From Chlamydiae bacterium CG10_big_fil_rev_8_21_14_0_10_35_9 (lineage in GTDB: Bacteria; Chlamydiota; Chlamydiia; Chlamydiales; SM23-39): 57,657 nucleotides of DNA. The notes below the pieces were generated by a model that made no database searches, was not told the DNA's origin, and was given only the letters and a program-made list of their open reading frames with translations. The number at the start of each line of letters is the position of its first letter. The first letter of the stretch is position 1. Location of the stretch: assembly GCA_002773835.1 (NCBI GenBank), contig PFAC01000005.1, positions 1-57,657 of the forward strand. Reading direction: 5' to 3'. Below, in pieces: positions 10,219 through 21,271 of the stretch. A program made the translations under genes and the position numbers.

Positions 10219-11289
10219 ATGGGGTTTTTAAAAAAGATTGGTTTTAGGAACATACTTTTAACAGGTTCTTTATTTTTTTCTTCTTGTTCAACCCCTTATA
10301 TGGGAAAAGATGTGTATGGAGCTGATGAGTTTGTTTTAGACTCTTATAAAATCAGAGAAGGCAAGTTTTCCATTTTAGAAATGGAAGGGAAATATCAAGA
10401 CGATCTCCCTGACGAGTATTTAGCCGAATACAAAGACACCATTCATGAAGATGATATTCTAAAAATCGAGGTATACCACCCTAAAAGAGATGATATTGTT
10501 CTAGCAGTTTCTAAGATTGGGACAAGCATTGGTTATAGGGTCATGGAAGGTAAAATTTATTTACCTGATTTGCCGCCTATCGAAGTACAGGGACTTACTT
10601 TAAAAGAAGCAAAAGAAGAAATTCAAAAAAAATACTTAGAGCAAATCAACGATATTGAAGTCTTTGTAACTTACAAAGATCGTATTGTCAAACGAGTGGA
10701 GCTAGCTGGGTTGGTTGCTGCCTCAAGTATTCCAGTAAATGGGAAAATTCGCCTTTTTGATGTGTTATCTATCGCCAAGCCACCGCCTAATGCAAATCTT
10801 TTTAAAAGCTACATGATACGAGATAATGATTTTGTGGCAGTCGACTTTTATAAGCTTTTAAAAGAAGGGGACATGTCTCAAAACATAGTTATGAGAGGAG
10901 GGGATAAGATTTATATTGCGGATACTTCTTCAGCGAATTTAATGGTTTTAGGGGAAGTCGGCTGTGAATCTGTTGTCCCATTGCCCAATGGATATATTTC
11001 TTTAAGAGAAGCTTTAGCGGCTGCAAGAGGGATTCCTTTTACAGGTGATAAGTCGTATATTCAAATTATCCGTGGCAATATTGTAAAACCTAAAATCTAT
11101 ACTCTGAGTTGGAAGCATGTCATTCATTTACCTAATGACAGCCTGCTTTTAATGCCAGGGGACATCGTATATGTTGCAGCTAAGCCAATTACTGAGTGGA
11201 ATAGATTTATCTCCCAACTCCTCCCTGCATTTACCGGATTTGAAGTTCTAGGAAACAAATGCCGAGGCTGGGGGCTATTTATACCATGA
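10219..11289 (+). CDS. wza: Wza-like polysaccharide export lipoprotein (OPX family)
   Basis: Lipoprotein-like FFSSC, polysaccharide-export/SLBB segments (G.I.LP....V.GLTL.EA), L.PGDIVYV...PITEWNR.ISQLLP. Confidence 0.85.
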   Translation: MGFLKKIGFRNILLTGSLFFSSCSTPYMGKDVYGADEFVLDSYKIREGKFSILEMEGKYQDDLPDEYLAEYKDTIHEDDILKIEVYHPKRDDIVLAVSKIGTSIGYRVMEGKIYLPDLPPIEVQGLTLKEAKEEIQKKYLEQINDIEVFVTYKDRIVKRVELAGLVAASSIPVNGKIRLFDVLSIAKPPPNANLFKSYMIRDNDFVAVDFYKLLKEGDMSQNIVMRGGDKIYIADTSSANLMVLGEVGCESVVPLPNGYISLREALAAARGIPFTGDKSYIQIIRGNIVKPKIYTLSWKHVIHLPNDSLLLMPGDIVYVAAKPITEWNRFISQLLPAFTGFEVLGNKCRGWGLFIP

Positions 11290-14117
11290 CAGAAGAGGTC
11301 ATTTTTTGTTTTTCTGACTTAGTAGCAATATTTCATCGCTATAAAAAATGGATGATTGGTGTTGGTCTACTTTGTGCCTCTGTCAGTTTTTCTCTTATGA
11401 TGTTAAAAGCTCCTAAATACGAAGCAACGGGTTCATTTATCGATTCCAGTACAAAAAAAGAAAGTTCAGGGGGGTTAAAGGATCTATTAGTATCGCTGGA
11501 TGCAAAATCTGACTCCAGTAAGGGTATTATGCTTTCTAAAGCTGTGATTAAAGATGTGTCTAAAAAACTAGGGCTGCAATTTTGCTGCGCTGAAAAAAAA
11601 AGAAATATTTTTTTAAGGGTTCTCCGAAGGTACAGAGATAATTGGTATGTGCAAACAAACAAATCTTTATCCGATTTAGACCAGTTCCGTTTTGCTAATG
11701 GCAGTTATGAAAAAGAAATTCCTTTAAACTTATATCTTCGGTTTTCTGACAAAGACTCTTTTGAAGTACTATCTAGTGAAAAAAAACTGTTAGCAAAAGG
11801 AAGAGTACACGTTCCTGTTAAACTGCAAGATGTTGAATTTACTTTAGTCAATGTTCCCAAAACCTATCGAAAAAAGTACTTATATACTTTGAGTGTTACT
11901 CCTTTTAATTTCATTTATGGAAGTATCAAAAGTAGCATTACTATCAAAGCAGATAAAGATGATCAACGCATGCTTCACATCTCCTATAAAGATAGAGACC
12001 GCTATTTAGCGAAAAATATCGTAAATACCTTAATGGAGTCCTATCAACAGTATCTAATAACACAAAATGAAAAGTTTGCTAAAGCGCAACTTACTTATTT
12101 GCAAAAAAGAAAGGAAGAAATTTCAGAGCAGTTCGACCATTCTTTAGATCTCTATTGTGAGTTTTTAAAAAAGAACCTGTCAGAAACAGGGTTTTTAGGG
12201 TTGGAAGAGCAATCGGAAATATTAATTAAGCCACAAGCAAGTTTTGCTAACCGCCTATTTCAAAATGATTTGGAAGAATCAAGACTTGATAAATGGAAAG
12301 GACAGTTCATCACAGATGGAACATTTAGTTCGGAAATCTCGCTTGTTTATCAAGAAATCAATAAGCTAAAACAGGACAAAGATGCTCTTGAGATAGCGTT
12401 GAATTCCAAAGAATCTTTAGACATTGCTGCTATGGAAAACCATTTACAACAGCTAGAGCAGTTAAGAGGGGACCAGCAAAATCTTGTCTCTTTAATTAAC
12501 TCTGTTGAGCAGGGAAAGCCTATATCCAAGAAAAATGCTTTTCTTACTGATAAGCCTAGAAATCTTGTTTTTTTATGGCTAGATAAGCTGCAGGAAGGCT
12601 CTGAAACAGATTCTATAAAAAAAGACCTGGTTTCTTATTTGAAAAATTATACCAGAGTACTTTCTTTAAAAGAGAAAATTTTATCGGAAAGAGTAAAGCA
12701 TTCGGAAAAAACTTGGCAGGATTTTGAAGGAATCGATTTAGATAGTGCTATGGGACTGTATGTAAACTATAATAAAAAGCTGGATGATGTACAGGCTGAA
12801 CTAGAGCACTTTACACATGTTTTGACGCAACTCAATGATGAGAGTTTTGATATTAGTTCTTTAAGCAGTGTATTGCGTGATGGCATTAGTCAAAATTTGC
12901 TTGTCAAAGCAGGTGATTGCTGCTTTAAATTAAATGACAGGCAAAACTTAAGTGAAAAAGATATTGTTCGGATAAAAGATGACCTTAAGCTTATTCGAAC
13001 CTTTTTAAAAGGGCATATTAAAGAGCTTCGTCATGTGAAGGAAATTCAGCAAAATATATTTAAAGACAAAATACATGCCCTTCAAATGGTCACGTTAGAT
13101 CGAGTAAACCAGAAAATTTCCATATTGAACCACAGAGTACAAGATTTTATCCAGGCTAGAAAAGTAGATTTGTTCCAAGAGAATAGTCTCATTCGAACTA
13201 AGATGGAAGAGCTGAAAGGAAAAATGGTGCATTTACCCACCAAATGGAAGTTAGAAAAAAAATTGACTCTTGATGCAGATATTGCCATCAAAATGATCCA
13301 GTCTCTAACAACATTGACAGAGTCTAAAACTATTTCTCATAATTTAGATCTTATTAATTCAAATACTTTGGACTTTGCATCTCTGCCATATCGGGCAGAA
13401 AAGAAAAACATTATCGTTTGGTTGATTGCTGCATTTGTTTTAGGGTGTTTTCTTGCTTTTTCATATAAATTTTTCCTCTTTTTTCAAAGAGGCTTTTTAG
13501 CTTCGCTAGATAATTTAAAAGCTCTTCAGCAAAATGCTTTAGGAGAGGTTTCTAGACAGTTAGACGACCCTAATTTAGAGTACATTCAGGACTCTGATTT
13601 GGAAACACTTCGTAATATATCGTATTTTATTGGGACAGATAAACCAAACATTGTTAGTATTATAGGAGGTAAAGGTCCTGACTTTTCTCATGGACTTGCC
13701 ACTATTTTAGGAAAGATAGGAAAAAAGGTTCTTGTTATTGATTGTGATTTTCATTCCAATTTCCCTTCAAAAGAGTCTACTGGGTTGTTGCAGTTCATAG
13801 AAGGTAAAAAAGGAAAGCATATAAAAAATGCTGGATGTTATGATTTCATGGAAAGTGGTGGTAAAACCAGGTTTGGCTATGAAATTTTACGTTCCTCTTC
13901 TTTTAAGCAATTGATAGAACAGATAAAAGAAAAATACGATATAATAATATTATTTACCCGAATGACGGCTCAGTTTGTCGAAGCAAAAGCTTATTTAGAT
14001 ATTTCAGATAAGATGATTGTTACTTTTGAAGAGGAAACATTGCAAAATTTACAACCTTTTTTCAATAAGGAAAATATCGGGTTTGTTAAAGTTTTAAGCC
14101 CTATATTAAGGAAGTAG
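11286..14117 (+). CDS. Wzc/PCP-like polysaccharide co-polymerase with degenerate kinase-like C-terminal domain
   Basis: Two TM helices flanking a long coiled-coil region; C-terminal KKVLVIDCD and YDIIIL; ATG at 11286 overlaps the wza stop (ORF track starts at 11259). Confidence 0.75.
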   Translation: MTEEVIFCFSDLVAIFHRYKKWMIGVGLLCASVSFSLMMLKAPKYEATGSFIDSSTKKESSGGLKDLLVSLDAKSDSSKGIMLSKAVIKDVSKKLGLQFCCAEKKRNIFLRVLRRYRDNWYVQTNKSLSDLDQFRFANGSYEKEIPLNLYLRFSDKDSFEVLSSEKKLLAKGRVHVPVKLQDVEFTLVNVPKTYRKKYLYTLSVTPFNFIYGSIKSSITIKADKDDQRMLHISYKDRDRYLAKNIVNTLMESYQQYLITQNEKFAKAQLTYLQKRKEEISEQFDHSLDLYCEFLKKNLSETGFLGLEEQSEILIKPQASFANRLFQNDLEESRLDKWKGQFITDGTFSSEISLVYQEINKLKQDKDALEIALNSKESLDIAAMENHLQQLEQLRGDQQNLVSLINSVEQGKPISKKNAFLTDKPRNLVFLWLDKLQEGSETDSIKKDLVSYLKNYTRVLSLKEKILSERVKHSEKTWQDFEGIDLDSAMGLYVNYNKKLDDVQAELEHFTHVLTQLNDESFDISSLSSVLRDGISQNLLVKAGDCCFKLNDRQNLSEKDIVRIKDDLKLIRTFLKGHIKELRHVKEIQQNIFKDKIHALQMVTLDRVNQKISILNHRVQDFIQARKVDLFQENSLIRTKMEELKGKMVHLPTKWKLEKKLTLDADIAIKMIQSLTTLTESKTISHNLDLINSNTLDFASLPYRAEKKNIIVWLIAAFVLGCFLAFSYKFFLFFQRGFLASLDNLKALQQNALGEVSRQLDDPNLEYIQDSDLETLRNISYFIGTDKPNIVSIIGGKGPDFSHGLATILGKIGKKVLVIDCDFHSNFPSKESTGLLQFIEGKKGKHIKNAGCYDFMESGGKTRFGYEILRSSSFKQLIEQIKEKYDIIILFTRMTAQFVEAKAYLDISDKMIVTFEEETLQNLQPFFNKENIGFVKVLSPILRK

Positions 14118-14118
14118 G

Positions 14119-15087
14119 ATGAGAAAAAAGCGAATACTAGTTACCGGAGGCGCAGGTTTTTTAGGGTCTCATATTTGTGAAAAATTAGTTAACGAAGGGC
14201 ATTATGTCTATTGTTTAGATAATTTTTTTACAGGAAAAAAAGAAAACATAGCTCATTTACTTTCAAATGATTGCTTTTCACTGTTGGATCGTGATATTTG
14301 CCTTCCTATCGATTTAGAAGTACAGGAAATTTATAATCTAGCATGTCCAGCTTCCCCTTACCATTATCAACTCGATCCTATTCAAACTTTGAAAACAAGT
14401 GTATGGGGAGCAATGCACATGTTAGAGCTTGCAAAAAAAAATAATGCAAAAGTTTTGCAGGCATCTACTAGTGAAGTTTATGGGGATCCACAAGTACATC
14501 CTCAAGAAGAAAGCTACTGGGGAAATGTTAATCCTATTGGAAGACGTTCTTGCTATGATGAGGGGAAAAGATGTGCTGAGACACTATTTTTTGATTTTAG
14601 AAGAGCCTATCGAATTCCAATTAAAGTCGTGAGGATCTTTAACACCTTTGGCCCTCGCATGCAGCCTAATGATGGAAGGGTAGTTTCTAATTTTATTGTG
14701 CAGGCGTTAAAAAATCAGCCATTAACCATTTATGGAGATGGAAAGCAGACGAGGTCGTTTTGTTATGTAGATGATTTAATTGAGGGGATATTTAAAATGA
14801 TGGATACCGACTCCTCAATTACAGGGCCTATTAATCTTGGAAATCCCCTTGAATATCGGATCATTGATTTAGCTGAAATAATACTCAAACTAACGGGTTC
14901 TAAGTCACCTATCATATCTCTGCCTCTTCCTTCCGATGACCCTAAAAAAAGAAAACCTAATATTGAGCTCGCTAAAAAAAACCTTAAGTGGCAGCCGACT
15001 AAAAAATTAGAGGAAGGACTTAAAGAAACAATTGAGTATTTTGCTCAAATACTGGAAGAAGATGCTTCTTTAAGCTCAGGTACTTGA
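14119..15087 (+). CDS. UDP-glucuronate decarboxylase (UDP-xylose synthase)
   Basis: [48 protein letters not shown]. Confidence 0.93.
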   Translation: MRKKRILVTGGAGFLGSHICEKLVNEGHYVYCLDNFFTGKKENIAHLLSNDCFSLLDRDICLPIDLEVQEIYNLACPASPYHYQLDPIQTLKTSVWGAMHMLELAKKNNAKVLQASTSEVYGDPQVHPQEESYWGNVNPIGRRSCYDEGKRCAETLFFDFRRAYRIPIKVVRIFNTFGPRMQPNDGRVVSNFIVQALKNQPLTIYGDGKQTRSFCYVDDLIEGIFKMMDTDSSITGPINLGNPLEYRIIDLAEIILKLTGSKSPIISLPLPSDDPKKRKPNIELAKKNLKWQPTKKLEEGLKETIEYFAQILEEDASLSSGT

Positions 15088-18000
15088 GGTCTATATTTTT
15101 TTTTCAGTTCCCTATACTTTTTAATAACTTCAGAGGCAATAGGCGCAGCTTCTTTTCCCGCATCGCCAAAGCGTAAATAAACAATTACTACAAGTTCAGG
15201 ATATTTGAAAGAGTCAATGGAGACTTGAGATTGCTTGGTTGGATCAAAACAGATTCCTCCAAACCAGATATGTTTATATAATTTAGAACGCTCTTTTGCA
15301 CTTATATAAGGATTATGAAAAACTTCTGCAGTAGAAGTCTTTCCTATGAGTTGAGAAGCAATTTCTTTATAATTTTTCATAAGATCTGGACTTTTGTACA
15401 AATTTTTAATAATTCCAGCCCTTGCTGTTCCTTTTTTACCTGAGATAACTCGTTTCATCCCTTCAAAAAGCTTTGCTCTTACATTTTTATCAATAGCTAA
15501 ATCTTTTCTTATAAAACTCGAAAAATTTTGCACACAAAGAAACTTGTCATTGTAAGAGCTTTCATCAAATATAGGAAAAAATATACCTAAAGCATTTAAC
15601 TCTTTTTGCAGAAGGTACTTTTCAGGGGAAAAGCTCAAATGAGGAGCCCTTTGTTTGCCTGCAATTTGTTGAATAATTTTAGGCTCAAGTACTTTCCCAA
15701 AGTTAGCTAGCGCCGATAAGAATACAGCTGTTTGAAGAGGGGTTACAATCAAAGTGTGGTGTCCAATTGCATAGGCATAAAGGCCTGTCTTGTTAGTGCT
15801 CAAATCACTGGGTAATGATCCTGAAATTTCACCAGGAAGCTGAATATGGGTTTTTTCTCCAAATCCAAAGTTTCTAGCTGCATAATTTAAATCTTCAGGG
15901 GTTTTAAGAAAGTCTCCGGCTAAAATAGAAAAGTAAGGGTTACTAGACTTTTCAATAGCATCTATAAGACTAACTGTACCAATATTGCTATGCGCAGATC
16001 TCGGTAGCCTACCGTGCTTATAAATTCGGTAAAAGGGTTGCTGGTTTTCCTTTAAGGCAACGATCAATCCTTTATTGTCAGCTTGTACTGTGTCTATAAT
16101 AGTAAAGTCAAAAGACGGCTTTTTTTCTAAAGCAGCGTAAGCTGTGACTAACTTGAAAATAGAGCCTTGTAAAGCAGGCTCTTGAAAAGAAGTGTCTCTC
16201 ATATAGCCATATCCGTCTTCGGGATAAAATTTGGCAGCAAGGTCTTTTTCAACAGGGTTTTCTTTGTACACTTTTCTGTACATTGCAAGAAGGGGCCTGG
16301 TAAGTTCTTTGAACGATCTAACGCTTTTGAAAAAAGCAAACTGCGTAGGTTGATTATAATCCTTTAAAAAGAGCTTTAACTCGTCATATGCTTTTTGACA
16401 TTTCTTATCGTGAAAAGTTTGCTCTTGGAAAAGCTCTTTCCATTGCAGAAACTGATCTTTCATGTCTTTTTCAAGATCTATTTCAGTATTGCCTAGAGCA
16501 GTCAACAAAAGCTTTTCTTTATTTTCTTGCCAAAAAGCTTCAAACAAACTGTTTTTTTTCTCATCTAAATAATCAATATAGGGTCTTTGATAGGTGTTTT
16601 TTTCTTTTTCTTCTTTTCTTTTTTCTTTTAAAAAAGCATGCAAGTTCTCTTCTCTCCACTTTTCAAAATAGTACTTTTCAAAAAGTGTGTATGCTTTTTT
16701 ATAAATGGCAGACTGTAAAACAAGAACATTTCTTGATTGGTTATGATAATCACTTAAGCTCAAGGTTTTTATTTGGCGGATGAGTCCATCACTAAAAGCA
16801 GGGCTAAATACAGCAATTTTGCAAAGGTCAATTATTAGAAGTTTATCTTTGTTATGTTTTACTTCTTGTAAAAAGTCTTTTAGCCTCTCTTCATAAGGAG
16901 CGATTCTTTCTTTTATTATTTGATAGATATTTTGATAGTTCTCTTTTTCAGCAAGGCTGGCTTTTTGTTCACACAAAATACCCTCACTAAAAATAGTATC
17001 AAAAATCAAAGGGGCATTTTTTGTTTTGAAAAAGTAAAAGATGGCTTCGATATCTTCTTGTAATTGAATAGCATTTTGGACAGTTTTAATTTTTTGCATA
17101 CACTGATAACAAGGAGAGCTTTCAGGAAATATCTCTTGTAAAAAAAACTCCCAGGTGACTGGTATGCTTTCTTTTTCAAAAGTTTTTTTAGAAAAGGAAT
17201 ACCAGCTTTTTTCCAATTCATTTTTGCCGTCCCAAATGCTGGCTAAAAAAGATTCTGTTTCTAGCCATTTTTCCACGTTTTGTTTTTTTTGTTCTTGGTA
17301 TAAAGGGTTAGTGGAGGGGATAAAATCATTTGGGTCATAATTAGGGTAGGAGGCCATAGCTATAATCTCACCAGTATTAGGATCCATGGCAACAACAGAT
17401 CCTCCTTTTACAATGGGCTGCTTAAGTGTCTCTCTTTTTTTCAACTTTGCATTATAACGGGTAGATCTGCCTTCCCGTATTTGTTCATCTTGTGCAAGAA
17501 GCTTTTCAGCAAACTCTTGCAGTTCTACTGAAAGGGCCAGTTTAATATTGCGGCCGTCAATAGCAGGTTTTGTAAGCGGAAGCTCTTTTACAAAAGTTCC
17601 CATGATATCTACCTCCATGCTCTTTTCTCCGTACGAGCCCCGAAGGTCTTCTTCAAACTGCTTTTCAATGCCGCTTTTCCCCACTAAATCATTAAAACGG
17701 TAAGACTTTTCCTTTAACTGTTTTAACCTGGTTAAAACTTCAAATTTACTTTTATACTCTTCAGGAAGAAAAATAGGTTCTAAGTTCGAGTCCTGCTTCA
17801 ATACATTTTCTAAAAACTTAATTTCATTAGCTATTTTCAAATATTCTTTTTTATTAATAGATCCCATATAACCAATGATTTTGGAAGCTGCTTTCTTATG
17901 GGGGTAGTATCTTTCTGATGTACTTTCCGCAAATAGGCCTGGCCAGTCTTTTTCTAGAAATTTCAATTTATAATAAGTTTTCTCGCTAATGTTCTCTTTT

Positions 18001-18440
18001 AAGATAAAAGGCATATGAGGGAATAAAGAGGCTTTGCTGTGAATTAAGTCGTCAACTCTTGTTTCATTCAAATTTAGCTCCTTGGCTAAGAGCTTGGATA
18101 GCTTTTCGATATACTCTTTCCTGGGATAGGTCTTAACTTTTTCCTTATTTTCTCCTTTAATCCACTTGACTCTTGGGATTTGAAGAATCTGCCCATAATA
18201 AATAGCTGCATTGTAACATATTCTGTTGATAGCCAAAGGAACCCCAAACCGGTCATGTATGGCCCCTCTTTCTGATTTTAAAAGTATAGTTTTTCTTTGA
18301 GGTCTTCTCGCTTCTAAAGCTTTTTCTTCTTTTTCATAAAAGCAAAGATGCCAAATGCGAAAAAGTAAAATAAAATTTATGATGAAAATGCCCTTAAGAA
18401 TTCTATGGGTCTTTAAATATATTTGTTCTTCTTTGCTCAT
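15045..18440 (-). CDS. mrdA: Class B penicillin-binding protein 2 (large chlamydial type)
   Basis: N-terminal TM anchor, RG.I.DR, GKSGIEK, SxxK (GSIFK), SxN (SSNPY), KTS motif; 1131 aa. Confidence 0.88.
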   Translation of the reverse strand: MSKEEQIYLKTHRILKGIFIINFILLFRIWHLCFYEKEEKALEARRPQRKTILLKSERGAIHDRFGVPLAINRICYNAAIYYGQILQIPRVKWIKGENKEKVKTYPRKEYIEKLSKLLAKELNLNETRVDDLIHSKASLFPHMPFILKENISEKTYYKLKFLEKDWPGLFAESTSERYYPHKKAASKIIGYMGSINKKEYLKIANEIKFLENVLKQDSNLEPIFLPEEYKSKFEVLTRLKQLKEKSYRFNDLVGKSGIEKQFEEDLRGSYGEKSMEVDIMGTFVKELPLTKPAIDGRNIKLALSVELQEFAEKLLAQDEQIREGRSTRYNAKLKKRETLKQPIVKGGSVVAMDPNTGEIIAMASYPNYDPNDFIPSTNPLYQEQKKQNVEKWLETESFLASIWDGKNELEKSWYSFSKKTFEKESIPVTWEFFLQEIFPESSPCYQCMQKIKTVQNAIQLQEDIEAIFYFFKTKNAPLIFDTIFSEGILCEQKASLAEKENYQNIYQIIKERIAPYEERLKDFLQEVKHNKDKLLIIDLCKIAVFSPAFSDGLIRQIKTLSLSDYHNQSRNVLVLQSAIYKKAYTLFEKYYFEKWREENLHAFLKEKRKEEKEKNTYQRPYIDYLDEKKNSLFEAFWQENKEKLLLTALGNTEIDLEKDMKDQFLQWKELFQEQTFHDKKCQKAYDELKLFLKDYNQPTQFAFFKSVRSFKELTRPLLAMYRKVYKENPVEKDLAAKFYPEDGYGYMRDTSFQEPALQGSIFKLVTAYAALEKKPSFDFTIIDTVQADNKGLIVALKENQQPFYRIYKHGRLPRSAHSNIGTVSLIDAIEKSSNPYFSILAGDFLKTPEDLNYAARNFGFGEKTHIQLPGEISGSLPSDLSTNKTGLYAYAIGHHTLIVTPLQTAVFLSALANFGKVLEPKIIQQIAGKQRAPHLSFSPEKYLLQKELNALGIFFPIFDESSYNDKFLCVQNFSSFIRKDLAIDKNVRAKLFEGMKRVISGKKGTARAGIIKNLYKSPDLMKNYKEIASQLIGKTSTAEVFHNPYISAKERSKLYKHIWFGGICFDPTKQSQVSIDSFKYPELVVIVYLRFGDAGKEAAPIASEVIKKYRELKKKYRPQVPELKEASSSSI

Positions 18441-18580
18441 TTTCGCGTAATTTCCATAGCTGTTATTAATTTAAATTTTTTGCATTTAGCTTGTCATCAT
18501 AATTTTCCTTGGAAAAAAATAGTTTTTTAGAGTAAAAATGTTGTTTCACTATTTGTAGGTTATAAAGAAACTAAAATAAT

Positions 18581-18651
18581 GCGCCTGTAGTTCAATGGTA
18601 GAACAGTAGCCTTCCAAGCTACGAGTGTCAGTTCGATTCTGATCAGGCGCT
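18581..18651 (+). tRNA. tRNA-Gly (TCC)
   Basis: Acceptor stem GCGCCTG/CAGGCGC, anticodon arm GTAGC-CTTCCAA-GCTAC, T loop GTTCGATT; CCA not encoded. Confidence 0.95.
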
Positions 18652-18687
18652 TTTGAAAAGTTAAAAAAAAATTGAGGTAATCAAATT

Positions 18688-19491
18688 TTGGCGACAAGAG
18701 AAGACATCACTATAAAGGATTTATTAGAATCAGGAGCTCACTTCGGACATCAAAAACGACGCTGGAATCCAAAAATGAAGCGTTTCATTTTTGAAGAACG
18801 AAATGGCATTTACATTATTGACTTAGCTAAAACCATGCAGCAAATACGAGAAGCGATTAAAGCCGTCACCGAAGTAGTAGCAAAAAGAAAATCTATTTTA
18901 TTTGTAGGTACAAAAAATCAAGCAAAGTCAACTGTTCGAGAATCTGCTGAGTCTTGTAGTGAGTACTATGTCTCCGAAAGATGGTTAGGTGGTATGCTAA
19001 CTAACCTTACTACCATTCGTCAGTCTGTTAAAACCTTAGAACGCATTGAAAAGCAAATTGCAACAGGTGGAGAAGGGCTTACTAAAAAAGAATTATCTGA
19101 GCTATCCAAAGAACAGATTAAACTAGATCGCAACCTTTCAGGAATAAGGGCAATGAGAAAACCTCCAGGACTTCTTATTGTTGTTGACCCATCCAAAGAG
19201 CATATAGCTGTTAAAGAAGCAAAAAAATTAGGTATTCCAGTACTTGCATTAGTAGATACTAATTGTGATCCTGATCCCATTGACTATGTCATTGCCTGCA
19301 ATGATGATGCGTTAAAGAGCATCAAACTAATACTAGGAGCGATTTCTCAAGCTATCACTGACAAGAAAAGTGAAATGAACATAGCTCTTGCCAAAGGAGA
19401 TGAAAAAATCCAAGAAGAAAAAATTGCGCCTATGGGTGAAATGGAAAATAGCCCAGAAGTAGAGGAGAAAGGAGATGAAGACAATGAGTAA
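18688..19491 (+). CDS. rpsB: 30S ribosomal protein S2
   Basis: GAHFGHQ.RRWNPKM, RWLGGMLTN, VDTNCDP, NDDA. Confidence 0.98.
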   Translation: MATREDITIKDLLESGAHFGHQKRRWNPKMKRFIFEERNGIYIIDLAKTMQQIREAIKAVTEVVAKRKSILFVGTKNQAKSTVRESAESCSEYYVSERWLGGMLTNLTTIRQSVKTLERIEKQIATGGEGLTKKELSELSKEQIKLDRNLSGIRAMRKPPGLLIVVDPSKEHIAVKEAKKLGIPVLALVDTNCDPDPIDYVIACNDDALKSIKLILGAISQAITDKKSEMNIALAKGDEKIQEEKIAPMGEMENSPEVEEKGDEDNE

Positions 19492-20329
19492 TTTGACTAT
19501 GGAAATGATTAAAGAACTCCGCGAAAGAACTGGAGTTGGTATGGCTAAGTGTAAAGAAGCATTAGTAGAGTCTGATGGTGACTTAGATCGTGCTATTGAA
19601 TATTTGCGCAAAAAAGGGATGGCCTCAGCTGTAAAAAAAGAAGGTCGAGAGACTAAAGAAGGTTCTATTGCTTTTGCTGATATCGGCTCACATATTTCTT
19701 TAGTAGAAGTTTGCGCGGAAACCGACTTTGTTGTGAAAAACGAAAAGTTTCAACAATTTTTACAAAGCATCGCAACTCAAGCTGCAACAACAAACCCTTC
19801 TTCTCTTCAAGAGCTTTTAGAGCAACCTACTTTAGAAGATAAAGCCTTAACAGTCGATGCCTACAGAAATACAGTTATTCAAGCTCTAGGTGAAAACATT
19901 CAAATCAAAAGAATGGAAGTCATTCTTAAGAATGAGGCAGCATCTTATGGTATTTACTCGCATATGAATGGCAAAATTGTAGCTGTAGTTGAGATTGAAG
20001 GTTCTAATTTCGAACAAGACTTGGCAAAAGACATTGCTATGCATATTGCAGCGGAAGATCCAGATTACTTAAGTTCTGAAGAGATCCCAGCAGAAATCAA
20101 ACAAAGGGAAGAAGAAATCGCCAGGGCACAAATTCAAGGCAAACCTGCTGATATTGCTGAAAAAATCGTAGCTGGAAAATTTAAGGCTTACTGTGATCAA
20201 GTCTGCTTACTAGGTCAGAAGTTTGTAAAAGATCCATCTGTTACTGTGGAAAAACATGTAGCAAACCAAAGTCAAAAAGTTGGTAAAACTTTAAAGCTTA
20301 CTAAATTTTGGCGTTGGACTATTTCCTAA
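19475..20329 (+). CDS. tsf: Elongation factor Ts (alternative start at 19484)
   Basis: IKELRERTGVGM..CK.AL, ETDFV, IAMHIAA. Confidence 0.97.
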   Translation: MKTMSNLTMEMIKELRERTGVGMAKCKEALVESDGDLDRAIEYLRKKGMASAVKKEGRETKEGSIAFADIGSHISLVEVCAETDFVVKNEKFQQFLQSIATQAATTNPSSLQELLEQPTLEDKALTVDAYRNTVIQALGENIQIKRMEVILKNEAASYGIYSHMNGKIVAVVEIEGSNFEQDLAKDIAMHIAAEDPDYLSSEEIPAEIKQREEEIARAQIQGKPADIAEKIVAGKFKAYCDQVCLLGQKFVKDPSVTVEKHVANQSQKVGKTLKLTKFWRWTIS

Positions 20330-20348
20330 TCTTTCAAGGGTAAAAAAT

Positions 20349-20900
20349 ATGACCATTGAAAAAGAAACAAAAAGCAGCATGGAAGGTGCAGTTGCTCATT
20401 TGCAAAGTGAGTTGAAAAACCTGCGTACATCTCGTGCTAATCCCTCTATTTTAGATAGTGTTAGTGTTGAAGTGTACGGCGCTAAAATGAGATTACGTGA
20501 TGTTGCTAATATCACTGTCCCAGAACCTAGGCAAATTCTTATAACTCCTTATGATTCTAATAATACTGGAGTAATTGGTAAGGCTATTGAAAATGCTAAC
20601 TTAAATCTTCAGCCAATTGTAGAAGGTAATGTAGTACGTATTAACATTCCTCCTATGGATGCAAAAATGCGTGAAAGCATTGCCAAACAATGCAAAAGGA
20701 AAGGGGAAGATGCCAAAGTTGTCGTGAGGGAAGTGCGCAGAAAAAATAATGAACTCATCCGAAAACAAAAAGCTGATGGGGAAATTCCTGAAGACTTAAT
20801 GAAGTCTTTAGAAAAAAAGATACAAGAACTAACAGATAGTTATTGTAAGCAAATCGATGAGATTTGCGAAAAAAAACAAGAAGAAATCTTAGAGATTTAA
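20349..20900 (+). CDS. frr: Ribosome recycling factor
   Basis: RTSRANP.ILD.V.VE.YG, IPP, R.VRR, IQELTD. Confidence 0.97.
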   Translation: MTIEKETKSSMEGAVAHLQSELKNLRTSRANPSILDSVSVEVYGAKMRLRDVANITVPEPRQILITPYDSNNTGVIGKAIENANLNLQPIVEGNVVRINIPPMDAKMRESIAKQCKRKGEDAKVVVREVRRKNNELIRKQKADGEIPEDLMKSLEKKIQELTDSYCKQIDEICEKKQEEILEI

Positions 20901-20944
20901 TCTTGTTATAAATTAGGCAAAGAGGTTAAGATTTAACCATTCTT

Positions 20945-21019
20945 GGCCCCATCGTCTAGCCCGGCCTAGGACATCGGATTTTCATTCCGGTAACAGGGGT
21001 TCGAATCCCCTTGGGGTCA
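20945..21019 (+). tRNA. tRNA-Glu (TTC)
   Basis: GGCCCCA...TGGGGTC acceptor stem, anticodon loop TTTTCAT, T arm GGGGTTCGAATCCCC. Confidence 0.95.
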
Positions 21020-21023
21020 TAAT

Positions 21024-21096
21024 GAGGCTTTAGCTCAGTTGGTAGAGCATCTCCCTTTTAAGGAGAGGGTCGTTGGTTCGAGCCCAACAAGCCTCA
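21024..21096 (+). tRNA. tRNA-Lys (TTT)
   Basis: GAGGCTT/AAGCCTC acceptor stem, TAGCTCAGTTGGTAGAGC D arm, TCTCC-CTTTTAA-GGAGA anticodon arm. Confidence 0.95.
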
Positions 21097-21221
21097 TTTT
21101 TTCAATCAACATTCTCAAACTAAATTTAATTTACTTTCAACACATATATATTACAGTCATATTCCCATATGTGAAATTCTTTAGCATAAGATCTTGTTTT
21201 TGCATTTTTTTTTCAAAACAC

Positions 21222-21251
21222 TTGCTTGAAAAAATTTTTATTTGTTATACA
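21222..21251 (+). promoter_or_regulatory. Putative sigma70/sigma66 promoter of porin 1
   Basis: TTGCTT-N18-TATACA with TG extension; same layout upstream of the paralogue. Confidence 0.45.
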
Positions 21252-21271
21252 GCAAAAAAAACGAGGCTAGT

